DNA from: Candidatus Aminicenantales bacterium
Lineage (GTDB): Bacteria; Acidobacteriota; Aminicenantia; Aminicenantales; UBA8522
Reading direction: 5' to 3'
Assembly (NCBI GenBank): GCA_049287565.1
Contig: JBAQGA010000189.1
Coordinates: 15,626-79,625, forward strand
DNA: 64,000 nucleotides
Shown here one piece after another: positions 16,508 through 25,606 of this stretch. The first letter of the stretch is position 1, and each line of letters begins with the position of its first letter. Below the pieces are notes generated by a model. That model searched no databases. It saw nothing but the letters and a program-made list of their open reading frames with translations, and had not been told where the DNA came from. Both the position numbers and the translations under genes were made by a program.

Positions 16508-18651
16508 GAGATCACCTCCTCATCCTTGAGAGACACCCGGCCTTTCTGACGGATGGGCAGGAGGATGGAGAACGTCGCGCCTTTTCCCGCCTCGCTCCGG
16601 ACGGAGATCTCTCCGTCATGGTTCTTGATATACCTCAGGCTGATGCTCAGGCCGAGCCCGGTGCCCTGGCTCTTCTTGGTGGTGAAGAAGGGATCGAAGA
16701 TCTTCTTCAAATTCTCCGGGGGGATGCCGATGCCGGTGTCGCTGATCTGGATCTGGATCCGATCCTGAAACTTGACCTTGGAGGTCTCCGCATTGAGTTC
16801 GCCGCCCCCGGACATGGACTGAGCGGCGTTGATGAATATATTGGTCAGGACCTGGCGGATCTGGTTGAGGTCGGCGGTGACCTGGGGAAGACCTGCGGGA
16901 AGGACCTTCTCGATCCGGACGTTGCGGAAGATCGGCTGATGGCCGAGGAAGGACAGCGTGTCTTCGACGAGCTGGTTGATATTGATCTTGGTGAACTGCG
17001 GGGGTGTCGGCCGGGCGAAATTGAGAAGACCCCGGATCGTCTCGGAGATCCGATAGACATTCTCCAACACCACCTCGATCTCCTGCTTTTTGGCGGCTCC
17101 GGAGGTCTCATCCCGGAGGATTTCAAGATAGGAGGATATGCCCAGGAGCGGGTTGTTGATCTCGTGTGCCGCCCCGAGTGCCAGTTGGCTGAGGGCGGAA
17201 AGTTTTTCATAATCGGCCAGCTGGTGATGGAGCTTTTCGCGTTCAGTGACGTCCTCTATCAGGATGCTCACGCCGACTATCTGGCCGCGGGCATCCTCGA
17301 CGGGGAAGAACGAAAGATTGAAGAACTCCTCGCCGCGCCGGCGGTCGATCCGCTTCTTATCGATCCGATTGGGCCGGCCGCTGAGGATCGTCTTGTCGAA
17401 CGCCAGTTCGATGTCCTTATCGTTGAGCCAAGGCAGGGTCTGGAAGATGTTCTCGCCTTTCTTGAGTTCCGGCAGGTTGAAGAGCTGGCGGATTTCCTTG
17501 TTGAAATGAGTAATCCGACCGGAGGAGTCTAGACCGACGACGCCCAGGAAGATGCTGTCCACAAGGTTGGTGATATACTCCTCCGAGAGGCGGAGCTCCT
17601 CGGCCAGGAGCTCGCTCTCCTTCGCCCTTCTCTGGAGTTCGATGTTCATTACGTCCACTTCTTTTTTTTTCCCCCGGGCCTCTTCCAGGGCCCGGCGGAG
17701 GTCGGTGGTCAGTCGACGGAGGAGAGATGTCGTCCGCCTCGAGTTGAGGGTGGAGATAAAGACGAGAAGGACGAAGAACGGCAGGAAAAGGTAAAGGATG
17801 ATCCGGTTGACCTGCCGGAGGGGCAGGAGGGCTTCTTTAAGGTCTATTTCCGAGACAAGGTAGTCGGTGGAGCCCGGAATCTTAGCATAGGCGCAGAGCA
17901 CGCGCTGGCCGCGATAGTCGGTGTGCGTCTTAACCCCTTTCAGGCCCTCATGGGGATTCCCCTCTTTCTCCAGAAATCCCTTGTCGATGAGCGGGCGTCC
18001 GCCCAGCTTTGTTGGAGAAAGAAATATTCCCCGGTCGTCCGTCAGGAAGAGTTCGCTCGTTTCTCCGATCCTCAGGTCGAAAAGCAGGCCGTAGTAGCTC
18101 GGGAGGTCCAATCCGGCGGCAACAACTCCTACGATCTTGTCGTTGCGGTTGATCAGAGGGACGGAGAGGATCATGACGCTCGAGCCGACGATTTCCGAAA
18201 AGAAGATCCCCGAATTGAAGAACCTCCCTGCCCGGGAGGCCCGGAAGTATTCCCGGTCGGCGATCGTCCCGGATAGGTCGGTGTTGAGAGAGAGGATGAT
18301 GCGGCCTTCCAGGTTGGTGACGAGGATGAAGTCATACCATTTCATAGCGGCGAGGCGGGAGGCCAGAACCGGAGTCAGGCGCGGGACGTCCTCGGGGCCG
18401 TCGATGTCGAAATGGGAGAACGACTTCAGGTCGGTCTCGCGGTCCTGGAGAAAAACGGTGATGGTCTTGATGTTCTCGGCGACCGTCGCGGCCAAGCGGT
18501 CGTAGATCTGTCTCTTGATCAGGGACGAAACTTCGTAGTTGACGGCCAGGTAGAGAAGGAGGAACGGGCTGACGAAGAGGAGGATGGTCAGCAGGGTGTT
18601 CCTCGAGGTCAGCTTCCGGTAGTTCGTTTCTTCGTGGGCTTGAACCTTCAT
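16504..18651 (-). CDS. Sensor histidine kinase (periplasmic Cache-like domain, PAS, HisKA, HATPase_c)
   Basis: N-terminal TM plus a large periplasmic domain; HEINNPL H-box; GTGLGLSIS G2 box; 4-nt overlap with the downstream regulator. Confidence 0.85.
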   Translation of the reverse strand: MKVQAHEETNYRKLTSRNTLLTILLFVSPFLLLYLAVNYEVSSLIKRQIYDRLAATVAENIKTITVFLQDRETDLKSFSHFDIDGPEDVPRLTPVLASRLAAMKWYDFILVTNLEGRIILSLNTDLSGTIADREYFRASRAGRFFNSGIFFSEIVGSSVMILSVPLINRNDKIVGVVAAGLDLPSYYGLLFDLRIGETSELFLTDDRGIFLSPTKLGGRPLIDKGFLEKEGNPHEGLKGVKTHTDYRGQRVLCAYAKIPGSTDYLVSEIDLKEALLPLRQVNRIILYLFLPFFVLLVFISTLNSRRTTSLLRRLTTDLRRALEEARGKKKEVDVMNIELQRRAKESELLAEELRLSEEYITNLVDSIFLGVVGLDSSGRITHFNKEIRQLFNLPELKKGENIFQTLPWLNDKDIELAFDKTILSGRPNRIDKKRIDRRRGEEFFNLSFFPVEDARGQIVGVSILIEDVTEREKLHHQLADYEKLSALSQLALGAAHEINNPLLGISSYLEILRDETSGAAKKQEIEVVLENVYRISETIRGLLNFARPTPPQFTKININQLVEDTLSFLGHQPIFRNVRIEKVLPAGLPQVTADLNQIRQVLTNIFINAAQSMSGGGELNAETSKVKFQDRIQIQISDTGIGIPPENLKKIFDPFFTTKKSQGTGLGLSISLRYIKNHDGEISVRSEAGKGATFSILLPIRQKGRVSLKDEEVIS

Positions 18652-18662
18652 TTGGTCGACGG

Positions 18663-18674
18663 CCCCGCGCGGGG
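18663..18674. repeat. Perfect 12-nt palindrome CCCCGCGCGGGG immediately upstream of the sensor kinase start
   Basis: Read directly; same C-run/(GC)n/G-run architecture as the 7982-7995 palindrome; 12 nt upstream of the kinase ATG on the minus strand. Confidence 0.6.
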
Positions 18675-18775
18675 AAGTCCCATTTTATCAGAACCGGAAC
18701 AAAATGTAATGGTCTTGACCGGTCGCGGATATTGCCATAGCCGGGCTTATTAGTATAGAATAGGGCCAATTCGCC

Positions 18776-19654
18776 ATGACCGTCAGTGCCGTCGTCAGGT
18801 CCGTGAGGCCGGCCCAGTGGACCAAGAACCTCTTCGTCTTCGCGGCTCTGATCTTTGCCCAGAGGTTTTTCTCCGTCCCCCTGCTGCTCAAGACGGTCGG
18901 AGCCTTTTTCATATTTTGCCTGGTCTCCGGCGCCTTCTATATCTTCAATGACCTCCGCGACCGCGAGGAGGACCGGGCCCATCCCAAGAAATCGCAGCGG
19001 CCGATCGCCAAGGGGGAGATCCGTCCCAGCGAGGCGCTCGTCCTCTTTTTCCTGCTGGCCGCGATCGGCCTGGCGGCCGCTTTTTGCCTCGAGCGGAATT
19101 TTTTTCTGGCCGTCGGCATCTATTTCCTGCTGCAGATGGCTTATTCTCTCCGGCTGAAGCAAGTCGTCATCCTCGACATCTTCGTAATCGCCGCGGGATT
19201 CGTCATCCGGGTGGTGGCCGGCGGACTGGTCATCGCGGTGCCTATCTCCTCGTGGCTCCTGATTTGCACGACGCTTCTGGCCCTTTTGCTGTCGATGGGG
19301 AAGAGACGCCACGAGCTCACCATTCTCGAAGACCGGGCGGCCGAGCACCGCCCTATCCTCAAGGAATACAGCGCCTACCTGCTCGACCAGATGATCGCCG
19401 TGGTCACGGCGTCTACCCTGATCGCCTACTGCCTCTACACGATCTCAGAGGAGACCGTGCAGAAGTTCGGCACGTCGAATCTTATCTGGACGGCCCCCTT
19501 CGTCCTCTACGGCATTTTCCGGTATCTCTACCTGGTCCATCTCAAAGGCAAGGGCGGCAGCCCGGAAGAGATCATCATCCAGGACAAGCCGATGCTCTTG
19601 AACATCATGCTCTGGATCGGAGCGGTTATTCTCGTTCTCTATTTGAGAGAGTGA
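18776..19654 (+). CDS. UbiA-family prenyltransferase, decaprenyl-phosphate phosphoribosyltransferase-like
   Basis: WTKNLFVFAALIFAQ...FNDLRDREEDRAHPKK...PIA Asp-rich UbiA motifs, 8-9 TM, 292 aa. Confidence 0.7.
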   Translation: MTVSAVVRSVRPAQWTKNLFVFAALIFAQRFFSVPLLLKTVGAFFIFCLVSGAFYIFNDLRDREEDRAHPKKSQRPIAKGEIRPSEALVLFFLLAAIGLAAAFCLERNFFLAVGIYFLLQMAYSLRLKQVVILDIFVIAAGFVIRVVAGGLVIAVPISSWLLICTTLLALLLSMGKRRHELTILEDRAAEHRPILKEYSAYLLDQMIAVVTASTLIAYCLYTISEETVQKFGTSNLIWTAPFVLYGIFRYLYLVHLKGKGGSPEEIIIQDKPMLLNIMLWIGAVILVLYLRE

Positions 19655-20370
19655 AGGCTTTTCGGCTCCCGCTCGAGATGGAAGATGATGAGGCTCTGGA
19701 GCGCCTGGCTGATGGCCTTGAGCTGACCGGCTGAAAAAGGGGAGGCGCCCTCGCGGGGAGGGGCGTTTTTCTTGACCCATTCCAGGAAAGCGGGAAGTTC
19801 GGCCGGGGCCGTTTCTTTTTTGAGCGGCGCGCAGGCCGCGCAGTAAACGCCATCCATCCGGGGCGACAGCCAGCCGGATTCAACCAGCCGCTTCCGGCAC
19901 TTCTTGCAGCGCCGGAAATCGGGCAGGAGTCCGTTGATCTGGAGGAACCAGGCTTCGAAATACCGGCTCAAGAGCTCCAGGTCCCCCTTCTCCTTAATGG
20001 ACCGCAGGATCGACAAGAGAAGCCGGAAGACGAGGTCTTCGCTGGCGCGCGAGGGGAAAAATTCCTCGACGAGCTCGGCGAAATAGCCGAGCGTGCAGGA
20101 CGCCCGGTAATCCCGGTGTACCTCGAAGAAGGATTCGATGAGGTCCGCCTGGCTCACCGTCACCAGGTCCTTTCTCTCTTTCTCGTAATAGAAGACGTTG
20201 ACCAGCGACAGCGGCTCGAGGCTGCTGCCGAAGCGGTTGCCGAACTTGCGCGCCCCCTTGGCCACGCCGCGGAGCAATCCCTTATCCCGGCTGAAGAAGA
20301 CGACGACCTTGTCCTGGTCGCCGATATTGAAGCTGCGCAGGACGATGGCTTCGGTCTGGTCGAGAGGCAT
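19639..20370 (-). CDS. recO: DNA repair protein RecO
   Basis: 243 aa; AIVLRSFNIGDQDKVVVFFSRDKGLLRGVAKGARK N-terminal OB-fold signature; C-terminal CxxC...CxxC zinc finger; 16-nt convergent overlap with the UbiA gene. Confidence 0.85.
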   Translation of the reverse strand: MPLDQTEAIVLRSFNIGDQDKVVVFFSRDKGLLRGVAKGARKFGNRFGSSLEPLSLVNVFYYEKERKDLVTVSQADLIESFFEVHRDYRASCTLGYFAELVEEFFPSRASEDLVFRLLLSILRSIKEKGDLELLSRYFEAWFLQINGLLPDFRRCKKCRKRLVESGWLSPRMDGVYCAACAPLKKETAPAELPAFLEWVKKNAPPREGASPFSAGQLKAISQALQSLIIFHLEREPKSLHSLK

Positions 20371-20380
20371 GGACGGACGC

Positions 20381-21751
20381 TCAGGACACGAAAGTGATGT
20401 TCAGTGTCTTGATCTTCTCCCGGAGCTCTTTTTCGTCGAGCTTGAGATCGGAAGCAGACTGGGGGATGTCCCAGCCGTTTCTCATCAGGACGCCGTGGAT
20501 GTATCGTCTTTCGAAATGTTCCTTGGCCTTATCCAATGTCCGGTCATCCCGCCCCTCAAAAAAATCGGAGAAGTACTCGAGCTCGCGGGTTTCGACAAGT
20601 AGGGTGAGATGAGAGCCGTCGATGACGTCCTCGGGGACCATGATGACGAACCGTTCGATGACGTTCATCAACTCGCTGACGTTTCCGGGCCAAATATAGC
20701 GCAGGAAGGCCCCGAGGGCCTCCGGACTCATGGTTTTGGGCCTCTTGCCGTATTCCGCGGCGAAGTGCTTGAGGAAGTGGTCGATCAGGAGAGGAATGTC
20801 CTCGGACCTCTCCCTCAAAGGGGGCAGGGTCAGGGGTATAACGTTGAGCTTGAAGAAAAGGTCTTCCCGGAAGCGGCCTTTGGCGATGAGGTCGCGGAGG
20901 CTCCTGGAGGTCGCGGCCATAATGCGGCCCTCGAAGGAAAGGGGCGCCGCGGCCCCGAGCGGTTCGAAAGTCCGCTCGCTGATAGCCCGGAAAAGGCCGG
21001 CCTGGGTTTTCAAGCTCAGGTCGCCGACCTCATCGAGGAACAGTGTGCCTTCGTGGGCCAGCAATAGTTTTCCTTTCTTGTCCCGGGCGGCCTGGGGGAA
21101 CGCTCCCTTGAGATAACCGAACAGCTCCATCTCCATCAACTCATCGGGGACGGCCGAGCAGTTGACCTCAACGAACCGTTTTTCCCGGCGCTGGCTCTTC
21201 TGATGGATGAGGCGGGCGACCAGCTCCTTTCCAGTTCCATTCTCTCCGTAAATCAGAACTGTGCCGCCGGCGACCGCAGTCATTTCGATCTCTTTCCTGA
21301 GCTTCTGGATGGAAGGGCTTTCGCCGATGAGGTAATAGCGTCCGTGCTGGCGCTCGCGGAGCAGGAGATTCTCTTCCTCGAGCTTCTTCTGCCGGAGGGT
21401 GTTGCGGACGGTCAGGATGACCTTCTCGAGCGAGAGCGGTTTTTCCAGGAAATCATGAGCGCCGAGCTTGGTCGCGGTGACGGCCGTCTCGATCGTGCCG
21501 TGCCCGGAAATCATGACCACCGGCGGGCTCTCCTCCATAGCCTTGATCTTCTTAAGGACCTCGATGCCGCTCATCTTGGGAAGCCAGATGTCGAGAAGCA
21601 CCAGGTCGACGTTCTGGCTCTTCAGCATCTCCAGACCCAGCTCTCCCGATTCCACGGTCTTGGCCAGAAAGCCCTCGTCTTCCAGGATCCCTTTGAGCGA
21701 GGAACAGATGCTGGCTTCGTCGTCGATGATGAGGATATTCTCTTTGGTCAT
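20381..21751 (-). CDS. ntrX: Sigma-54-dependent response regulator, NtrX-like
   Basis: REC domain, GENGTGKE Walker A, ELFGY...GAF sigma-54 loop, C-terminal HTH; immediately downstream of an NtrY-like kinase with 4-nt overlap. Confidence 0.7.
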   Translation of the reverse strand: MTKENILIIDDEASICSSLKGILEDEGFLAKTVESGELGLEMLKSQNVDLVLLDIWLPKMSGIEVLKKIKAMEESPPVVMISGHGTIETAVTATKLGAHDFLEKPLSLEKVILTVRNTLRQKKLEEENLLLRERQHGRYYLIGESPSIQKLRKEIEMTAVAGGTVLIYGENGTGKELVARLIHQKSQRREKRFVEVNCSAVPDELMEMELFGYLKGAFPQAARDKKGKLLLAHEGTLFLDEVGDLSLKTQAGLFRAISERTFEPLGAAAPLSFEGRIMAATSRSLRDLIAKGRFREDLFFKLNVIPLTLPPLRERSEDIPLLIDHFLKHFAAEYGKRPKTMSPEALGAFLRYIWPGNVSELMNVIERFVIMVPEDVIDGSHLTLLVETRELEYFSDFFEGRDDRTLDKAKEHFERRYIHGVLMRNGWDIPQSASDLKLDEKELREKIKTLNITFVS

Positions 21752-23928
21752 GCGGGCAACTGAATGGTGAATTTGGCGCCGGTCGGCTGGATATTCTCCA
21801 CCCGGATCGATCCGTGGTGTTCACGGATGATCTGATTGACGATGGCCAACCCCAGGCCGGTGCCTTTTTTCTTGGTGGAAAAATAGGGCAGAAAAAGTTT
21901 GGTCTTGTCCTCGACCGAAATGCCCGGCCCCGTATCCGAGATCTCGATCGAGACCTGCTGTTGTTTTTTGTCGAAAACGGCCCGGACCCGGATCTTCCCT
22001 TTCTTGTTCATGGCCTCGATGGCGTTGTCGAAGATGTTGATCATGACCCTTTTGATCTGCTCCGGGTCGAGCTGGAGTGCGGCCGGGAGGTCAGGCGCCA
22101 CGTTGGCCTCGAACTCGACCTGGGCGAAGATGCCGCGGAAGAGTCCCACCGTCTGTTCGATAAGCGTACGCAGGTCGCCCGGCCTAAGCTCGACTTTGGG
22201 CATGCGGGCGAAGTTGGAGAATTCGTCGACCATGGACTTGATCGTCCGGGCTTCCTGGATAATCGTCCTCGCTCCCTCCTCGATCACCGTCGGGGAGTTC
22301 GGGTCCTGTCTTTTCAGCATCTTGATGATCCGTTCCGCCGAGAGCTGGATCGGCGTCAGCGGGTTCTTGATTTCGTGAGCGACTCGCTGGGCGACCTCTT
22401 TCCAAGTGGCGATCTTCTGGGCCTTGATGAGCTGGGTGAGGTTGTCAAAGACGACGATCATTCCCGAGAAATCGCCGTTGGCCTGGGGCAAAGGAGAGAG
22501 GGCCAAGGCCAGGGTTGTCGTCTGTCCATTGGAGACGATGTTGATCTCCTTGTCCGAAAGGCGGTACCTGTTCTTGATTCCCCAGGCGATGTTCTTGACG
22601 ATCTCCCCGTATTTTTCTTCGTTCAGGACCTCTTTGAATCCCTTGCCGATGGGATTCCGGTCTTCGATGGTCAGCATTTCCCGGGCCGAGGGATTGATGG
22701 TCGTGATCCTCCCCTCGGAATCGAGCGTGATGACACCGGTGGTGATGTTCTGAAGGACGGTCTCGATATACTGCTTCCGGTTCTCGAGCTCGGCGGTTTT
22801 CTGGGCGATGTGGAGCTGGCTGTCCCGGAGGTCGGAGATCATCTGGTTGAAGGAGTCGATGAGCGTCCCCAGTTCATCGGTGGCCGCGTCCTCGACCCGA
22901 ACGCTCAGGTTGCCCCGGGATACCTCCTTAGTCGCCTGGGCAAGCTTCTCGATCGGGACGGTGATTCCCCTGGCAAGATGGAGTCCGCTCCAGGAAGCAG
23001 CGAAGATGATGAGCAGGGTGATGAACATCAGGATGAAGACGTAAAAGGTCTTAACGGTGATCTTCTGGGGAGCGAGTAGACGGTATCTTTCCACGTAGGC
23101 GTTGATCGTGGTGAGCTTTTGCGTGAAGCTCTGGGGAAAGAACTTCCCCGCGGTCACCAGGACGTGACCGACGCCGGCCAGGTCGAAAGCGACACCCCGC
23201 CGGACCATCTCCCCGGTTCCCATCGGTTCGATGCTGCGGAAGAGGTCGCCCTGGCGGGCTCTCTCGACGAGATTCGGCTGGACGGATTTGTAATCTTGGA
23301 GAGGAAGTCCGGGGTTGAGATAGGTGAACAGCTCTTCCTCATCCAGGTAGATGCCGATCTCGTCGAGCTTGTATTCGTTGAGCTTCTCGCGGATGAAATC
23401 CCTCAGGAGCAGCCTGTTCTGCACCTGAACGAGCCTGCGGCTGCGGATGTCCCGGCTCAACTCGAGGGCGTAATGGTGGGCCGTCTCCTCGGCGTCTGCG
23501 TAGATTCCGTCGGCGACGCTCTGGGTGTCCGCGATCACGCGGTCGAAAGGCGTCTTGAACCAGAGCTCGATGTTCCGGCTGATGAGGTCGCTGGCGAAGA
23601 AAAAGAGCAGGAAAGTGGGGATGATGCTCAAGGCGATAAAAAACAGGACGAGTTTGGTCTTGAAGTGGGAGCCGACGATATTCCGCTTTCTTTCGAGGTA
23701 AAGCTTGACCAGGTTCCGGCCCAGGACGAAGAGGAGGACGAGGAAGAGGATCAGGACGATGACCTGCATCATGGACAGGAGAACGTTGGTTGCCGAGGTG
23801 GGGGAGAACTCTTGGGAGGCGCGGATGAAGTACTCGAGGGCGAAGAAGACGATGACGAGCAGGATGACGAAGGCCGCGATGAAACGCGGGCCTTTCTTTT
23901 TGGGCGTCTCCATCGGCCTAGCTCTCAT
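21748..23928 (-). CDS. ntrY: Sensor histidine kinase, NtrY-like (multi-TM N-terminus, HAMP, PAS, HisKA, HATPase_c)
   Basis: 726 aa; 4 N-terminal TM; HEIKNPLTPIQLSAERI H-box; GTGLGLAIV G2 box. Confidence 0.65.
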   Translation of the reverse strand: MRARPMETPKKKGPRFIAAFVILLVIVFFALEYFIRASQEFSPTSATNVLLSMMQVIVLILFLVLLFVLGRNLVKLYLERKRNIVGSHFKTKLVLFFIALSIIPTFLLFFFASDLISRNIELWFKTPFDRVIADTQSVADGIYADAEETAHHYALELSRDIRSRRLVQVQNRLLLRDFIREKLNEYKLDEIGIYLDEEELFTYLNPGLPLQDYKSVQPNLVERARQGDLFRSIEPMGTGEMVRRGVAFDLAGVGHVLVTAGKFFPQSFTQKLTTINAYVERYRLLAPQKITVKTFYVFILMFITLLIIFAASWSGLHLARGITVPIEKLAQATKEVSRGNLSVRVEDAATDELGTLIDSFNQMISDLRDSQLHIAQKTAELENRKQYIETVLQNITTGVITLDSEGRITTINPSAREMLTIEDRNPIGKGFKEVLNEEKYGEIVKNIAWGIKNRYRLSDKEINIVSNGQTTTLALALSPLPQANGDFSGMIVVFDNLTQLIKAQKIATWKEVAQRVAHEIKNPLTPIQLSAERIIKMLKRQDPNSPTVIEEGARTIIQEARTIKSMVDEFSNFARMPKVELRPGDLRTLIEQTVGLFRGIFAQVEFEANVAPDLPAALQLDPEQIKRVMINIFDNAIEAMNKKGKIRVRAVFDKKQQQVSIEISDTGPGISVEDKTKLFLPYFSTKKKGTGLGLAIVNQIIREHHGSIRVENIQPTGAKFTIQLPA

Positions 23929-24688
23929 TGGGCTCTTCCGAAGCCAGGAAATCGCGGTAGTTCTCGGGGGTGATACGGATGTCCTGGAGGACGGCGCCCC
24001 GGGACCCGAGCGGCTTGGCCTTCTGCCCGTTGATGGTCAGGCCGAAGCCCCCGGCGTTGCCGACGTACAGGAGAACTTCCCGTTCGGCCGTGACCTCGAG
24101 CGATTCCCCCACGGCCTTGACACCATCCCAGATAGATTCCCCATCGGCATAGACATGGAGCCAAGTCTCTTCGATGAAATCGATCCGGAGACGAAGCCCC
24201 CTGATCTCTTCGACCACCTCCTCCTGCGGCGGCGATTTAGGGATCGCCACCGGATGGCTGGCCGGCAACTTGGTTTCCTGCAATGCCGGCGGTTCCTTCC
24301 CCGGTGACAGAGAAAATACATAGAGAAGGGCCAGCCCTAGGGTGACGACTGCGATAGCCGCGGCCACGAATATCATCTTCTTCCGCGTGAAGACCGGGGG
24401 ATGCCTTCGGGACGGCGCCTTGTTTTCTTTTTCTCTGTCTTGGTGTTGCTCTTCGAAGGTCTGCATTTCCTGGTATTTGTTGAGCACCTGGTGCTCGTCG
24501 ATGCCGATGCTCTTGGCATAGGAGCGCAGAATGGCCCGGACAAAGAACGCCCCGGGGAGGCGGTCGAGCTGATCTTCCTCAATAGCCTGGAGAAACCTCA
24601 GGCTGATCCGCGTGGAGTCGGCGATCTCTCGGAGAGAGATTCCCCTGAGTTCACGCTCTCGCCGGAGTTCCTGCCCGAGGGAAGCCAT
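23918..24688 (-). CDS. rodZ: RodZ-like cytoskeleton protein (XRE-type HTH, TM, DUF4115)
   Basis: N-terminal LRRERELRGISLREIADSTRISLRFLQAIEE HTH, a single TM, C-terminal LRLRIDFIEETWLHVYADGE...LTINGQ DUF4115-like domain. Confidence 0.65.
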   Translation of the reverse strand: MASLGQELRRERELRGISLREIADSTRISLRFLQAIEEDQLDRLPGAFFVRAILRSYAKSIGIDEHQVLNKYQEMQTFEEQHQDREKENKAPSRRHPPVFTRKKMIFVAAAIAVVTLGLALLYVFSLSPGKEPPALQETKLPASHPVAIPKSPPQEEVVEEIRGLRLRIDFIEETWLHVYADGESIWDGVKAVGESLEVTAEREVLLYVGNAGGFGLTINGQKAKPLGSRGAVLQDIRITPENYRDFLASEEPNES

Positions 24689-24695
24689 TGAAAAA

Positions 24696-24724
24696 ATTGT
24701 AGGCTAATCCCGCGGAAGTGTCAA
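24696..24724 (-). promoter_or_regulatory. Predicted sigma-70 promoter TTGACA-N17-TACAAT directing a leaderless rodZ transcript
   Basis: On the minus strand: TTGACA (24724-24719), 17-nt spacer, TACAAT (24701-24696); the expected TSS about 7 nt downstream coincides with the rodZ ATG at 24688. Confidence 0.5.
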
Positions 24725-24973
24725 CAAATGGCTCGGGGTATGGGTTCGAAGGCCCGCAAATTTCCCCCGGCGAGGGAAATTCGCTTATTTCCTCGGCTCG
24801 CTCTCCGCTTCGTGGATCCCTGCCCATTCGCCTCCGGATGACCTTCTCGCCCATACCCCTCGCCTTGGGGAAAAGAAGGCGGGCAGTCGTCGGCGGACTT
24901 CCTCACCGACCTTTCCGGAGACATCGACCTTTTTCCTATAGCCACACCTTTTATCATATAATATTGACGTCCA

Positions 24974-25606
24974 ATGGACCTTAAATGGGCTGTTCGGCTG
25001 CAGGAAGAACTCGCCTCCCGTTTGGTCCTGGAATGGACAGGGGACGAAGTCCGGCTGGTCGGCGCGGCCGACTGTTCCTATGACTGGAAGGGGAAGCGCA
25101 TCGGTGCCGCAGCCGTCGTTATGGCTCTGCCCAGCCTTGAGATCGTGGAGACGGCGCAGACGGTTCGCCGTGTTTCGATGCCTTACATTCCGGGATTTCT
25201 GTCTTTCCGAGAAGGTCCGGCCTATCTGGACATCGTGCCTAAGCTCGGCTGCCGGCCCGATGTCATGCTCTTCGACGGCAACGGGATCGCCCATCCGAGG
25301 AAAATGGGCTTGGCCTCTCATGTCGGTGTCATGCTGGATATCCCCACCATCGGCTGTGCCAAAACGGCCTTCTTCCCGTTCCGCCCGCCCGCGGAAAAAC
25401 GGGGCTCCTATACGGTCTATAAGAATAGGCAAGGGGAAAGAGTCGGGGCCTGCCTGAGGACCAGAGCCGGCGTCAAACCGGTGTTTGTCTCACCCGGCCA
25501 TCGCACCGACATGAGGCTGGCCAGGAAGGTCGTTCTCGATTGTTCACGCCTTCGCATCCCCGAACCCCTCCGGGAGGCTCACCGCCTGAGCCGGGGGATC
25601 TTCTAG
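24974..25606 (+). CDS. nfi: Endonuclease V (deoxyinosine 3' endonuclease)
   Basis: MPYIPGFLSFREGP...FDGNGIAHPRKMGLASHVGV...PTIGCAK nearly collinear with E. coli Nfi. Confidence 0.9.
   Translation: MDLKWAVRLQEELASRLVLEWTGDEVRLVGAADCSYDWKGKRIGAAAVVMALPSLEIVETAQTVRRVSMPYIPGFLSFREGPAYLDIVPKLGCRPDVMLFDGNGIAHPRKMGLASHVGVMLDIPTIGCAKTAFFPFRPPAEKRGSYTVYKNRQGERVGACLRTRAGVKPVFVSPGHRTDMRLARKVVLDCSRLRIPEPLREAHRLSRGIF

Noticed and set aside
21814-23079. 421-aa plus-strand ORF antisense to ntrY
   Set aside because: Antisense shadow; Asp/Gly/Leu repeats, no recognisable fold.
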